Source: Lysobacterales bacterium (GTDB lineage: Bacteria > Pseudomonadota > Gammaproteobacteria > Xanthomonadales > SZUA-5). Taken from it: a stretch of DNA of 64,000 nt. The stretch lies in assembly GCA_022844165.1 (NCBI GenBank), contig JALHMH010000002.1:64001-128000 (forward strand), in the 5' to 3' direction. Each line of letters opens with the position of its first letter. The stretch's first letter is position 1. This document shows positions 37,921 through 48,506 of this stretch, one piece after another. The notes beneath the pieces are model-generated. The model saw only the letters and a list, made by a program, of their open reading frames with translations, ran no database searches and was not told the origin of the DNA. The position numbers and the translations under genes are program-made.

Positions 37921-39542
37921 GGCGTGTCTCCGTGGTCGTGCTGAGGCTCGGCTTCGTCATCTGCGGGTACGACCGGCTTGGGCGTGGCTGACTTGCGGTG
38001 CTCGCGGTGCGGATCCACTGGCTGCGTCGGCACGGACATGTCATGGCCGGCGTGCGGATCGGGTGGGGAAGCGGGTTCCGGCATGCGATGACCCGCGTGC
38101 GGATCGCGCTCCCGGCCGCTGTGCATGCTGTGATCCATTGCCGCCGGAACACCGGCGGCCGGGAGGATGGCTTCCACGCCGATGGCAGGCTCTATCGGTG
38201 AATCGTCGTCGGGCAAGCGGCCGCCAATTGCGCCCCGCAGTTCGGCGCGGGCGACCCAGTAGTCGCGTACCCCTTCGAGGTAGGCTTGGTAGGCGTCGTA
38301 CTCCTGCTGTTTCGCCAGCAGCAGCTCGAACACACCCACCAACATGAAGTTCACCTGTTCCTGCGTGCGCGCGACAATGGCCTCGCGGCGCGGGACCAAT
38401 TCGACGCGATGGCGTTCTGCGATGGTGTGCGCCACCGCGACTGCGTCCAGGCCCAGCCGCGCATCGTTCTGCACCGACAGCAATTTGGCATCGAGTTCGG
38501 CGCGCGCCTGTTGCAACTCCGCCTCGGCGCGCGCAACGCCGCCCTGTCCCTGGTTGAAGATCGGAAGTGCCAGTGAGGCGAAAGGACCGGTTGCTTGGGC
38601 GCCGTCGAACTCGCTTTCATGCTCGTAGCCGACCTCGATGCCGCCCAGCCAACGCCATCGCCGGGTTACGCCAAGGGCGTCTTCGCGCAGTGCGACCGTG
38701 CGGCGCACGGCGGCCAGGTCGAGACGCGTTTCGAGCGCGGATGCGACCAGTGCGTCGGCGTCGTAGCCGATCGCGCGCGGGGCGGGCAACTGCGCCTGCG
38801 TGGTCCATTCTCCGACGGTCGACAGACCGATCAGCGCTGCCAGTCGGTGCCGCGCACGCAAGGCGTTCGATCCGGCCGCCAGTGCTTCGATGCGGGCTTG
38901 CGTGGCCGCTGCACGTTCCTGTTCGAGCTGCAGGCGGTTGATATTCCCGGCATCGAAAAAGCGTTGTGCCAGTTCGGCCGACTGCTCGGCGGCGCGCGCC
39001 ACCAGATCACGCATCGCGGCGATCTGCTGGGCGCCGACCGCCTCGTACCACGCCACTTCCACTTCAGTCGCGATCTCGAGCACCGCGCCCGACACCGCCA
39101 GTTGCAGCCGCTCCAGCTCACCCTCTGCGAGACGCTTGCGTAATGGAAGGAGGAGTAGATCGGTCAAGCCGAGCGACAGGCTGCGCGTGATCTGCGTACC
39201 CTCGCCGCCGTCCGGCGAGAGTCGAAGAAAGCCAAAACTCGGGTTCGACAGGCGACGCGCATCCTCCAGATCTGCGCGACCGAGGCCGAGTCGCACGTAC
39301 TCCTCGCGCAGCCGTGGATTGTTGAAGAACGCAAGCCGGACGGCGTCCTCGACGCCGATCGGCGCGGTCGGAACCTGCGGAGCGGGATCGGCGCCGAGCG
39401 GCGACCAATCGGGGGGCACCGAGCGCCGATCCGCGATCAGGTCGCGGGATTCGGAATAGCCGCGCTCGCGCGGCAGACTGGCGCAGCCAACCAACGCCAG
39501 CGCCGCCGCGACGCTCGCGGCGGAACGAAAAAACAAAGCCAT
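37917..39542 (-). CDS. TolC family lipoprotein with DPHAGH repeats
   Basis: LVGC lipobox, NNPRL, LPIFNQGQ, NFMLVGVFELL, C-terminal MDHSMH/DPHAGH. Confidence 0.88.
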   Translation of the reverse strand: MALFFRSAASVAAALALVGCASLPRERGYSESRDLIADRRSVPPDWSPLGADPAPQVPTAPIGVEDAVRLAFFNNPRLREEYVRLGLGRADLEDARRLSNPSFGFLRLSPDGGEGTQITRSLSLGLTDLLLLPLRKRLAEGELERLQLAVSGAVLEIATEVEVAWYEAVGAQQIAAMRDLVARAAEQSAELAQRFFDAGNINRLQLEQERAAATQARIEALAAGSNALRARHRLAALIGLSTVGEWTTQAQLPAPRAIGYDADALVASALETRLDLAAVRRTVALREDALGVTRRWRWLGGIEVGYEHESEFDGAQATGPFASLALPIFNQGQGGVARAEAELQQARAELDAKLLSVQNDARLGLDAVAVAHTIAERHRVELVPRREAIVARTQEQVNFMLVGVFELLLAKQQEYDAYQAYLEGVRDYWVARAELRGAIGGRLPDDDSPIEPAIGVEAILPAAGVPAAMDHSMHSGRERDPHAGHRMPEPASPPDPHAGHDMSVPTQPVDPHREHRKSATPKPVVPADDEAEPQHDHGDTP

Positions 39543-39646
39543 AGACTCAACCTCACAGGCGACAGGCGCTGTCCTGAACGGACGCGCAGACGCGGCAACG
39601 GGCGTGCGAGCGCCGGATGGCGCCCACACGGACAGTCGTTACGCGT

Positions 39647-39994
39647 TCAGGCCGCGGGTGGGCGTAGCGGAGGAGAGTCGCGATGCAAAACGATGTGCGC
39701 AATCAACCGCGAATGCGCGGTGCGGATCGGCTCAACTACCGACATGCAAGTTGCCTGCAAAGACAACGCTGGAGGAAGTACACAGCCACATTGGCAGGAT
39801 GCGCCATCGCAGCAGCTTCCATCGTCTGGCGAAGCAGGCTCCGACGGAGCGTCGCTTCCGTCGGGGTGATGATGGTCGCCCATCGAATGAGTTCCATGCT
39901 CGCCGTGCGCCATCCCAGCCATCGCCCACGGCGCCCAAACGCTGTTCACGATGAGCGTTAGCGAGAGCAGAAGCTGGAGTAGGGTCCGGCGCAT
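39647..39994 (-). CDS. copL: CopL family metal-binding leader protein ending in RPP
   Basis: Signal-like N-terminus, CCDGASCQCGC, C-terminal PPLRPPAA. Confidence 0.8.
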   Translation of the reverse strand: MRRTLLQLLLSLTLIVNSVWAPWAMAGMAHGEHGTHSMGDHHHPDGSDAPSEPASPDDGSCCDGASCQCGCVLPPALSLQATCMSVVEPIRTAHSRLIAHIVLHRDSPPLRPPAA

Positions 39995-40269
39995 TGGGCA
40001 GTAGAATGCAACTGAACATGGAAAGTTTCAACTGATTACGCGTGCCGGTAGCAGTGTCAGTTCTCGCCGTGGGCTTGGCGAACCTGACGAAATCATCGAT
40101 ACGGGGCGCGGCGGATCACCTCGACCGACGGGGCGATGATCACGGGGAACTGCGGAATCCGCACCGACCCGCATCTGTTATCACGGGCCTAAACTGTGAG
40201 GTTTGCTGCGAGGAACGGTTGCACCACCAATTCGCCTTCACCTCCAGGTTGATGCGGCAACTGACGAAC

Positions 40270-40929
40270 TCAGCCCGAGCGTGCCGCCAATCGATCGAAC
40301 CACGCGCACAACGGATCCTCTGCTTGCAGCAAGTTGTAGTCCGACGCGAGCCGCGCCCATTGCAGCGCGCCGAACAGCACGTAGTCGACAAAAGCTGGTG
40401 TGTCACCGGCCAGATACGGCGCACGTTTAAGGGCTGAACGCGCCGGTTCCAGACTGGCGCGAAAAGGCGTCAGCCGAGTGTCGCGCGTGGCATGCACATC
40501 TTCGAGGCTGGAGCCCAGGCGTTGTTCCCGGCTGGCGCGGAAATAGGCCTGATCGCCGACGCGCAGACCCTGCCACACGTCCCGCACGATCATCCGGAAA
40601 ATCTGTGCTTGAACGGACGTCGTTACCCAATCGTCGATGAAGCGCGCGTAGCGGCGCTCGGGATCGGCGGGAAACAGGGTCGGTGCTCCGGGCACCTGCT
40701 GCTCCAGAAACGCCGCGATCTCCGCGCTTCCCGAGAGCCAGTGCCCATCGTAGTCGAGCACTGGCACAGTCTTGAACTGGCCGTTGCCGATTCCGGCAAT
40801 CTCAGTGAATCCAACCGCACGTGTCGCAAAGGTCAATCTCTTGTGCGCCAGCGCCAAGCGTACCCGCCAGCAATAGGGACTCAGTCGCTCATCTCCGGCG
40901 TTCGCAAGTTCATACAGAGTGATGGCCAT
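40270..40929 (-). CDS. Glutathione S-transferase (LigE/beta-etherase-like group)
   Basis: TLYEL...SPYCWRVRLALAHK, TVPVL, DYVLFGALQWAR. Confidence 0.85.
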   Translation of the reverse strand: MAITLYELANAGDERLSPYCWRVRLALAHKRLTFATRAVGFTEIAGIGNGQFKTVPVLDYDGHWLSGSAEIAAFLEQQVPGAPTLFPADPERRYARFIDDWVTTSVQAQIFRMIVRDVWQGLRVGDQAYFRASREQRLGSSLEDVHATRDTRLTPFRASLEPARSALKRAPYLAGDTPAFVDYVLFGALQWARLASDYNLLQAEDPLCAWFDRLAARSG

Positions 40930-41077
40930 CTTCGCGTCCGGTCGAATGACTGTGGCGCAATGGTAGCGCGCGTCACGCGTCCTTGAATGCCAACAGGATG
41001 ACTGTTCGCACCCCAAACGCGATCCGAACGCGCCGGCCGTACGCGTATGTGGTTGTCACGCAACCGGTCGTCCTGAA

Positions 41078-43498
41078 CTACAGGCTCAGCATCCGATCGC
41101 CGCGATCGAACGCCGATTCGAATACACCGATGCCCGGAACGTGCAGCGCCACGATGCCGAGCGATGCCGGTTCGCCACTGGCGTAACCCTCAGGCGTGTT
41201 GTCCTCAAACACGGATTCGTTGCCGTTGTTTATCAGTAGCCGGGTGCCACTACCCAAAGTACCGAGCAACAAATCGACATCGCCATCGCCGTCGAGGTCG
41301 ACGAATTGCGCATCGAGTACCGATCCGGCGTGCGACTTGGTAAGCCACTTCGATCCATCGACAAAACGGCCGCTGCCATCGTTCAACAGCAGCCGCGGCT
41401 GCGCGGCTGCCGGGTCGGCAAAGTTGACATTCGCAAAGTACAGATCGAGGTCCTTGTCGCCGTCGATGTCACCCACCGCAATTTTGCGGGTTTCCTCAGG
41501 ATTTTCTGGCGCCGGCAAAGACGTCTCTGTGACATCGACGAAACGCTCGCCCTCGTTGCGATAAAGACGATTGCGACCGCCGCCACCAGGCTCGTTTCCG
41601 GCGACCAGATCGAGATCGCCATCGCCGTCGAGATCGGCGAGTTTCAAGTCCTGCGTGATGTCGACAACATCCGGCATCCATACTTTGGATACATTGCTAA
41701 AGCGCCCTGAGCCGTCGTTGAGAAGCACCAGTTCCCGCTCGGTGTTGCGCGACAGCACCAGATCGAGATCGCCATCGCCGTCGAGGTCGCCTGCGACGCC
41801 GGCATTAGAGGTGGTTTCGCTCGGCAGCGGATGTGGCGCGGTCGAAAAGCGACCGCTGCCATCATTGACCAGGTACTCGTTGATGGTCGTATCTTCGCTG
41901 GGAAAGACGACGTCCAGATCGCCATCGCCATCGAAGTCGCCAAGCACAGCGTCCTCCGAGTCCTGATCGCTGGCGGGCAAAGCGTCCTCTGCGGGCACGA
42001 AACGCTCGCCTTCGCGAAGCAGCAGTACATTCCGGGCGAACTCTTTGGCCAGCAGCAAATCGTCGTCGCCATCGCCATCGACGTCGCCGAGACTGGCGTC
42101 CATCGTGCGCCCCGCGCCAGTGCCGGCAGGCAATCGATCCAGTGTGAGGTCGCGCGCATCGAAAGCGCGTAACCCAGTCTTGGGTTGCAACCAGCGGTCG
42201 ATATGCCGCGCAGCGGTTCCCGAATAAATGCCGGGTTTACCGAGCGCCGCGAAGGCGGCGGGTTCGCTGAGCGCTGCGCCAAAGCCGTGGTCGCTGCCCT
42301 CCACCAGAACGAACTGGCCATCGACCTCATTGGCGCGAACGGCCTCCGCCAGGAGCTCGTGATCGCGTTGCGCCGCGACGAAGTCGGCGGCGCCATGCAG
42401 CGCCAGCACCGGCGTTTTCGCGGTTGCCCAGGCGTCGGCGACATTCACTTTCGCCAGTTGCTGCCAGAATGTCACCGAGCGCCCGTTCCACAGTCCATCG
42501 GCAATGTTCTCGGCCAGCATCGGAGCCAACGACGGACGTTGCTCTTCGATCTCGGCGGGAGACAATCCCTCGATCAGCAGGGCGCTATTCAAAGCTGCAC
42601 GCCCCGTGAGCGCCGCGTGTATGGTGCTGGCCGATTCGCCACCAAGCCGAAACTGACGTCGCGCGTTTTCCAGGTCGTATTCGTTCCAGGTGCGAAACAC
42701 CGTACCGTAGACCACGATTCCGGCAACATCGTTGTCCTTTGCAAGCAGCGGCGCCCATATGCCGCCCATACTGTGACCGATCAGGTAAATGCGCTTCGGA
42801 TCGACATCCGCTCGGGCGCGCAGCGCCATCAATGCGGCGCGATAACCGGCGAGCTCCGTCTCAAAATCCAGCGCCGCACCAGGACCGCCTTCGCTATCGC
42901 CACTGCCTGGTTTGTCGACGCGCATCGTCACGTAACCGGCGCGGGCGAAGGGCCCGAGCAGTCGTGCATACGGGTTGCCATCGGTCAGCGGCGTATCGAT
43001 GCTGGACAGGGTGACGCCCTGAATCAGCATCAGAGCAGGATGCGTCTTTTGCTTCGAGTCGGGGACCGACACCAACGTGCGCAGCCGCGCGTTATCGACG
43101 CTGCGGACCGAACCATATTCAACCCGATAGCCAGGCCCTTCGGTCTCCATCGCCCGCGGGCGCGTTTCGCCTGTCTTGACGAGACGCTGACCTTCGCGAT
43201 CGACCGCGATCGACACGGGCACGCCGCTGCGGCTGGTGGCGACCCATGCGAAGACATCGTCCAGTGCGCGGATCGGTCGGCCGTCGATTTCCCGAAGCAC
43301 GTCATTGGATGCCAATTCCAGCGCTTGCGCAGTTGTGCCGGGCAACACCGTCATGATGCGAACCCCGCCCGGCTCATTCGCCAATTGCGCGCCAAGCGCA
43401 CCCCTGCGTGGCAGATCGTCTGCCGCATGCGACCCCAACGCGATGCCCGATAACAGACTGGCAGCGAACAATTGAAAGAAGAGCAGCTTCGAGCGCAT
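41078..43498 (-). CDS. Secreted PDZ + alpha/beta hydrolase + FG-GAP/VCBS repeat fusion
   Basis: Signal peptide; PDZ-like N-terminus; DKPGSGDS, GHSMGG, ADF, DHGF; repeated DxDGDGDLD. Confidence 0.85.
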   Translation of the reverse strand: MRSKLLFFQLFAASLLSGIALGSHAADDLPRRGALGAQLANEPGGVRIMTVLPGTTAQALELASNDVLREIDGRPIRALDDVFAWVATSRSGVPVSIAVDREGQRLVKTGETRPRAMETEGPGYRVEYGSVRSVDNARLRTLVSVPDSKQKTHPALMLIQGVTLSSIDTPLTDGNPYARLLGPFARAGYVTMRVDKPGSGDSEGGPGAALDFETELAGYRAALMALRARADVDPKRIYLIGHSMGGIWAPLLAKDNDVAGIVVYGTVFRTWNEYDLENARRQFRLGGESASTIHAALTGRAALNSALLIEGLSPAEIEEQRPSLAPMLAENIADGLWNGRSVTFWQQLAKVNVADAWATAKTPVLALHGAADFVAAQRDHELLAEAVRANEVDGQFVLVEGSDHGFGAALSEPAAFAALGKPGIYSGTAARHIDRWLQPKTGLRAFDARDLTLDRLPAGTGAGRTMDASLGDVDGDGDDDLLLAKEFARNVLLLREGERFVPAEDALPASDQDSEDAVLGDFDGDGDLDVVFPSEDTTINEYLVNDGSGRFSTAPHPLPSETTSNAGVAGDLDGDGDLDLVLSRNTERELVLLNDGSGRFSNVSKVWMPDVVDITQDLKLADLDGDGDLDLVAGNEPGGGGRNRLYRNEGERFVDVTETSLPAPENPEETRKIAVGDIDGDKDLDLYFANVNFADPAAAQPRLLLNDGSGRFVDGSKWLTKSHAGSVLDAQFVDLDGDGDVDLLLGTLGSGTRLLINNGNESVFEDNTPEGYASGEPASLGIVALHVPGIGVFESAFDRGDRMLSL

Positions 43499-43777
43499 CG
43501 TCGATGGCCTTGGGTCGAGAACGAACTGGCTAACATGCGCTTGCAAGCGAAAGCTAAGTCTTGCGTGCTAGCGCTCTGCAGAAAGCCCGCGATGCAACTG
43601 GCATAGCGCGGTTTCGTCGCCACAGCATGTCCGTTCGCGTTTGCGAAAGGTAATGTCGGAAGTCAGGGGGAAGCTCGCCGAGATTTCGCGAGTGGCGCTG
43701 CGGGTGCAGCAAAGCGATTCAGGAACCGGGTGCGCTGGATACCCTCCACCGCAATCTCGAGCGCGTTCATCGATCGA

Positions 43778-43950
43778 ATCGGTCAGACGCTGCCTGCCCG
43801 CTTACAGCATGGGCAGCAAAAGGTCAGACAGCGTCTGGCCAATTGGGCGCGTTCCGCCTGAGCTGGTCGCGCTGTGTGTTTCTGATGGGCATCAAGAACG
43901 CCGACGAACGCAGCTTCTACGAGATCGAAGCGGCAGATCAAGGCTGTGGA
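43778..43950 (+). pseudogene. DUF1016/YhcG N-terminal relic
   Basis: IGQTLPA..., QTASGQL, LSWSRCVFLMGIKNADERSFYEIEA; no proper start and no C-terminal nuclease domain. Confidence 0.6.
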
Positions 43951-44202
43951 AACGGCGAGCAAATTGTCAACGGAAATAGCGGCAGCGTGCTGATTGCACT
44001 TGACGATGGCGCAAAGCGCATGGCGCCGTTCAAACGTTGACGAAACGCGCCGGGTACACACCACGGCAGCATCGGAGCTGGCGTTTGGGATGCAGCGGAT
44101 TCGGATGGCGCCAAGGGACGTAGTCGATTCTCGGCGAAGATCGCGGAAATGCGTTACGGACTCTTCTGAGGCATAGTGCAGGTTGCCATCGGAAGAACAA
44201 TC

Positions 44203-46230
44203 GTGACCGAACGGAGCTCCGGCGTAGCTGACAACCCTGGCCGCTACCGCCGCCAGCGCAGTCTTTATGCCGAGGACATTGCGGGCTTTTTGTCTCGCAG
44301 TCATGAATCCGTCCTGGGGGTACTCGTGGGCGCCACGGGCTTTCCGGTCACGCTCGAACAGCGCCGAGCGTGGTCCGAGCAAGTTGAAATCCTTCGGGGC
44401 TCGCTGGCCGGATTGGAAGGGCGCGGGCGGCTCTACTTCGAGTACGCGATACCGCGACTGGGTAAATGGATCGATGTGCTGCTGGTGCTCGATCACGTTC
44501 TCTTTGTGATCGAATTCAAAGTCGGCCAAGCGGCCTTTAATCGCGCTGCAATTGATCAGGTCTGGGACTACGCGCTCGACCTTCGCAACTTCCACGAAAC
44601 CAGCCACAATATTCCGATTGCACCAGTCCTAGTCGCAACCAAGGCGAAACCCCTGATTATTGGCGTCGTGCAACGCGCCAACGATCCGCTGATGCCGGAG
44701 CCCGTATGTGTCGGCGCCCCACAGATGCGAGTCGCCATTTGAGCAAGTACTGGACCTCCTCACCGGCCCGAGTATCGTACCCGACGCTTGGGAGCGTGGG
44801 CGGTACCAGCCCACGCCGACGATCATCGAAGCCGCTCGTGCGCTCTATGCCGGACATTCGGTGGAGGACATCTCACGGAGCGACGCGGGTGCGGTCAACC
44901 TGACGCGCACCTCAGCGGTGATCGATCGCATCATCCGCGACGCGCGCGTCGAAGGGCGCAAGGCAATTTGCTTCGTTACTGGCGTACCGGGCGCCGGCAA
45001 AACGTTGGTCGGCCTGGACGTAGCCACCAAACACCGCGACAAGAATGCGCTGCACTGCGTGTTCTTGTCTGGCAACGGTCCGCTCGTTGCCGTGCTTCGC
45101 GAAGCGCTAGCGCGCGATCACGTGCAGCGCGAACTCGCCGCAGCCGCAAGGTCACCAAGGGCGAAGCGCGCCGATTGGTCAGCGCCTTCATTCAGAACGT
45201 GCACCACTTTCGCGACGAGTGCCTAGTCGACCCGAGCCAGCCGCCGGTCGATCACGTGGCGTTGTTCGACGAAGCGCAGCGTGCGTGGGATCGAACGCAA
45301 ACCAGCTTTTTCATGCGCCGCAAGAAGAACCAGCCGGATTTCGATCAGTCCGAACCCGAATTCCTGATCTCCTGCCTCGACCGCCATACTGATTGGGCGG
45401 TGGTCGTTTGCCTCATCGGTGGTGGACAGGAAATCAACACCGGCGAGGCTGGCGTGAGCGAGTGGTTCGATGCGCTGCTGAGCCGTTTCCCCAATTGGGA
45501 AGTGCACCTGTCAACCAAGCTGCACGGCAGCGAGTACCGGGCGGAAGAAGGCATCGCCCAGCTACGCGCCAGCCACACCGTCATCGATCACGAAGCGCTG
45601 CATCTCGCCACCTCCATGCGCTCGTTCCGCGCTGAGCGCCTCAGCGAGTTTGTGAGATTGGTGCTGGAGCGCGAAGTGATCGCCGCACGGGAAGTGCACC
45701 GCGAATTTGCAGACTGTTATCCCATCGTTCTAACGCGCAGCTTGGCGCGAGCCAAGGAATGGCTTCGCGATCACGCTCGCGGACAGGAGCGCTACGGAAT
45801 TGTCGTTTCCTCGCAAGCGCAGCGCCTAAAGCCCCACGCCATCGATGTCCGCCCCAAAGTTGATCCAGTGCATTGGTTCTTGCACGATAAAGACGACGTA
45901 CGCTCGTCCTATCACCTTGAAGACGTTGGCACCGAGTTTCTGGTTCAGGGCCTCGAACTAGATTGGGCTTGCGTGGTTTGGGACGCCGACCTACGTCATG
46001 GCAAAGGCGGTTGGCAACACAACGAATTCGTCGGAGCCCGCTGGAACCGAATTCGCAAAGCGCCGCGCCAGCGCTACCTCGAAAACGCCTACCGCGTGCT
46101 GCTGACCCGAGCGCGCCAAGGCATGATCATTGTGGTGCCCGAGGGCGACGATGGCGACCCTACCCGGCGGCCGGAGCTGTATGACGCGACATATGAGTTT
46201 CTTGGCGGGACGGGGATGGCAGTGCTCTAG
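44203..46230 (+). pseudogene. DUF2075 (Schlafen-3-like helicase) with N-terminal PD-(D/E)xK nuclease, split by two frameshifts
   Basis: IDVLL...IEFKVG; GVPGAGKT; FDEAQRAW; QGLELDW; [11 protein letters not shown]; +1 shift near 44740 and -1 near 45140. Confidence 0.85.
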
Positions 46231-46748
46231 GAAACACATCGTTGAGAAAAGCTAGTTTCAATCCGAATTTTCCCTCGCCTGCGTCACGGCCTGAAGCAGC
46301 CTGTTGATCTCGGCCCCTTCGCATTCGCGACACGCAGCACGCCCTCGCTGTCGATTGTCCAGTCAGCGGCGCGGGCTTCGATTGACGTGATTGCCGGGCG
46401 GATTGCGGCATATGACGCGAGTACGGCGCCAGTGGCTCAAGGACATCTGCTTCGAAAGGAGCCTAGTGACCCGGTGAGGTGCCACACATGGGATTCTTCG
46501 TGCCGCTGGCGCCTGGGCGCGTTGGCTTCACGCTGAGATCCAGACTCCACGAACGACCGCCTCGCCCAAAATCCAAGGTCCGCGACGATCCCGCGCTTCG
46601 CCGATGGATATCGTGGTTTTTCGTTTGCGGCTCGCCGATAAGGCCATATACGCCTGCACGTCGGAGGCGATCGCTGGACCGGCTGCCGCGACACCTCGCC
46701 GCCCGCTGCGATTCCGATCGATGCACAACCCGACGATCTGCTGCGCGC

Positions 46749-46843
46749 CGGCCACGTAGAGCGCCTGTCGATGCCGGGCCGGGAGACGCAGTCGGCCGGG
46801 GGTTTGGCGTAAGAGCAGGGCGATTGCTAATCCCAAGAGACCA
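46749..46843. repeat. ~95-bp direct repeat, copy 1
   Basis: cggccacgtag...cgattgctaatcccaagagacca; matches 47661-47754 with 5 substitutions and 1 indel by eye. Confidence 0.9.
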
Positions 46844-46890
46844 GCCTGAGGGACAAGGAGATCAACCACCACCCAGGCAGCACAATCCGC

Positions 46891-47289
46891 TTACGGCACA
46901 ATCACGGTCGGTTCCAAGCCGAGCTTTCTTGCTTTGCGGGCGAATCCCTTGTCGTCGAATGTCGCCAGCCCCTCGCAATTGCCGCTCAGGGCCCAATGCA
47001 GGGCATCGGGGAATTGGATGCGTTGGCGCGCGGCTTGGATCGCTCGCGCCACGGCCGAGGACGATTCAACCTTGAACGCAGGGCTGCGACATAGGTGCTC
47101 CAGCACGTCAAGTACCTTTGCCGGAGAGATTCCGTAGCTGTTTTCCAAAACCCAGTAAAGTTCTTGGACGACGCTGACGGCCACAAAGCAAGGCGCGTGG
47201 TCTTCGAGCCACTTCAAGGCGCGCTTTGCCTGCGCTTTGTCATCCTGCGTGTAGTACCGCACCAGCAGATTGGTGTCCGTTGCCCACAT
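46891..47289 (-). CDS. vapC: PIN-domain toxin (VapC)
   Basis: MWATDTNLLVRY, QELYWVL, FPDALH, TFDDK. Confidence 0.9.
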   Translation of the reverse strand: MWATDTNLLVRYYTQDDKAQAKRALKWLEDHAPCFVAVSVVQELYWVLENSYGISPAKVLDVLEHLCRSPAFKVESSSAVARAIQAARQRIQFPDALHWALSGNCEGLATFDDKGFARKARKLGLEPTVIVP

Positions 47290-47555
47290 CAGGGCGTCTT
47301 CTTTCGAAACGCCGATCGGACGGCATCGCGCATCTCTGTCGGCGTGCGCGCCGGACCTTGGTAAGCAGCGATTTCCGCCCCGGCTCTGAGCGAGCGCAGA
47401 ATGTCTTCGCGCGTAGTCTCTTGCTGGACGGTCAGATGCAGGCCCTGCGCGTCTTCGGTAAACGCAATCGTCGAGCCTTCGCCAATGCCCCAACGCTCCC
47501 GGAGGGGCTTGGGTATGACCACCTGACCTTTGCTGGAAACTTGTGCCTGATACAC
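47289..47555 (-). CDS. vapB: AbrB/MazE/SpoVT antitoxin (VapB)
   Basis: AQVSSKGQVVIPKPLRERWGI; TGATG overlap with the toxin; start codon uncertain. Confidence 0.88.
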   Translation of the reverse strand: MYQAQVSSKGQVVIPKPLRERWGIGEGSTIAFTEDAQGLHLTVQQETTREDILRSLRAGAEIAAYQGPARTPTEMRDAVRSAFRKKTP

Positions 47556-47660
47556 GGCAATTGTCCGCAAGTAAGAACGTTGGTAAGAATACCTTCTCGC
47601 CGTGCGCCAGGCAAAATCATCGTGAACAAGCCGCTGGGTTTCTTCGAGGCGATCACGCCT

Positions 47661-47754
47661 CGGCCACGTAGTGCGCCTGTCGATGCCGGGCCGGGAAACG
47701 CAGTCGGCCGGGGGTTGGCGTCAGAGCTGGGCGATTGCTAATCCCAAAAGACCA
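47661..47754. repeat. ~95-bp direct repeat, copy 2
   Basis: See copy 1. Confidence 0.9.
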
Positions 47755-48004
47755 ATCGCTCCCTGACTTTCCATCGGATGTCGTCGGCGTCCGTCGGCTT
47801 CCGAGCTACTTACCTGTAGCTGCTAGTGCAATTGACCAGAGCCCCCGACGCCTTATGGCTAGCGCAACTCGGCGAGGTTGTGCAACGTCGATCCGGAAAC
47901 GAAGCACGAGCACCGCAAAGCGAAGCCGAGGCGCCTGCGGTCGTAATGCAGACTTCCACGCGCACGCCTACGCTGGTCGGCGTCACCTTTCGGTTGCCAC
48001 CCTC

Positions 48005-48457
48005 ATGCCGATTCGCTCGCTACTGATGTTCGCGGTGCTCACACTCTCATACCCGGCGGCGGCTGCATTCGCCTCGGCGTCGACGGACTGCACGTCGCTC
48101 GACGATTGCATTGACCGCATTGCAGAACTCGGACGAGCGACTGATGCGAAGCGCCAACTGTCGCCACAACATCGGGCGTCGATCGACGCGGTACTGAGCT
48201 TCGGGGAGGCCGCAGTTTCGCCTCTGGTGGCGCTGCTGTCGGACCCGAATGAAGGCGTTGCCAATCTGGCGGCGGCCGCCTTGCGTGATGCGCCACGGAT
48301 CGATCCCTCACATCTGCCGGCAGTTCGCGCCGGACTCGATCGAAAGCTTGGTTGGCTGGCGCCAGCGTTGGGCCGGCATCGGGGTGAGCTGTCCAACCGG
48401 GCGTTGCAGTCGGGCGGACGCGTCGGTCGCTTCGCTCCCTCTCGCGTCCGCCGCTGA
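48005..48457 (+). pseudogene. Truncated exported HEAT-repeat protein
   Basis: Signal peptide, GEAAVSPLVALLSDPNEGV; protein-like character is lost where the frame enters the attC-like site. Confidence 0.55.
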
Positions 48458-48475
48458 ACGCCAGTATCGTCAGGC
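48391..48475 (+). other. Degenerate integron attC-like site
   Basis: R'' GTCCAAC; gcgtt[g]cag[t]cgg[g]cggacgcg pairs with cgcgtccgccgctgaacgc; R' GTCAGGC (GTT mutated). Confidence 0.7.
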
Positions 48476-48506
48476 CGCTCAGAAACGACCAGAGTTGCCA
48501 GTCGCT

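Noticed and set aside
6678-40260. att-like direct repeat bounding the metal island
   Set aside because: Only trivial short matches found by eye between 6.7-6.8 kb and 40.0-40.3 kb; whether the island is cargo of the recombinase element is unresolved
41200-42100. Repeated tcgccatcgccgtcgaggtc DNA motifs
   Set aside because: Explained by FG-GAP DxDGDGD coding repeats
46231-46740. ORFs 46479-47075 and 46528-46872
   Set aside because: No RBS or motifs; they run through the repeat and look like non-coding debris
46749-47754. Direct repeats as a CRISPR array, attC sites or a known riboswitch
   Set aside because: Only two long copies, no cas genes, no RYYYAAC/GTTRRRY ends, no recognisable aptamer
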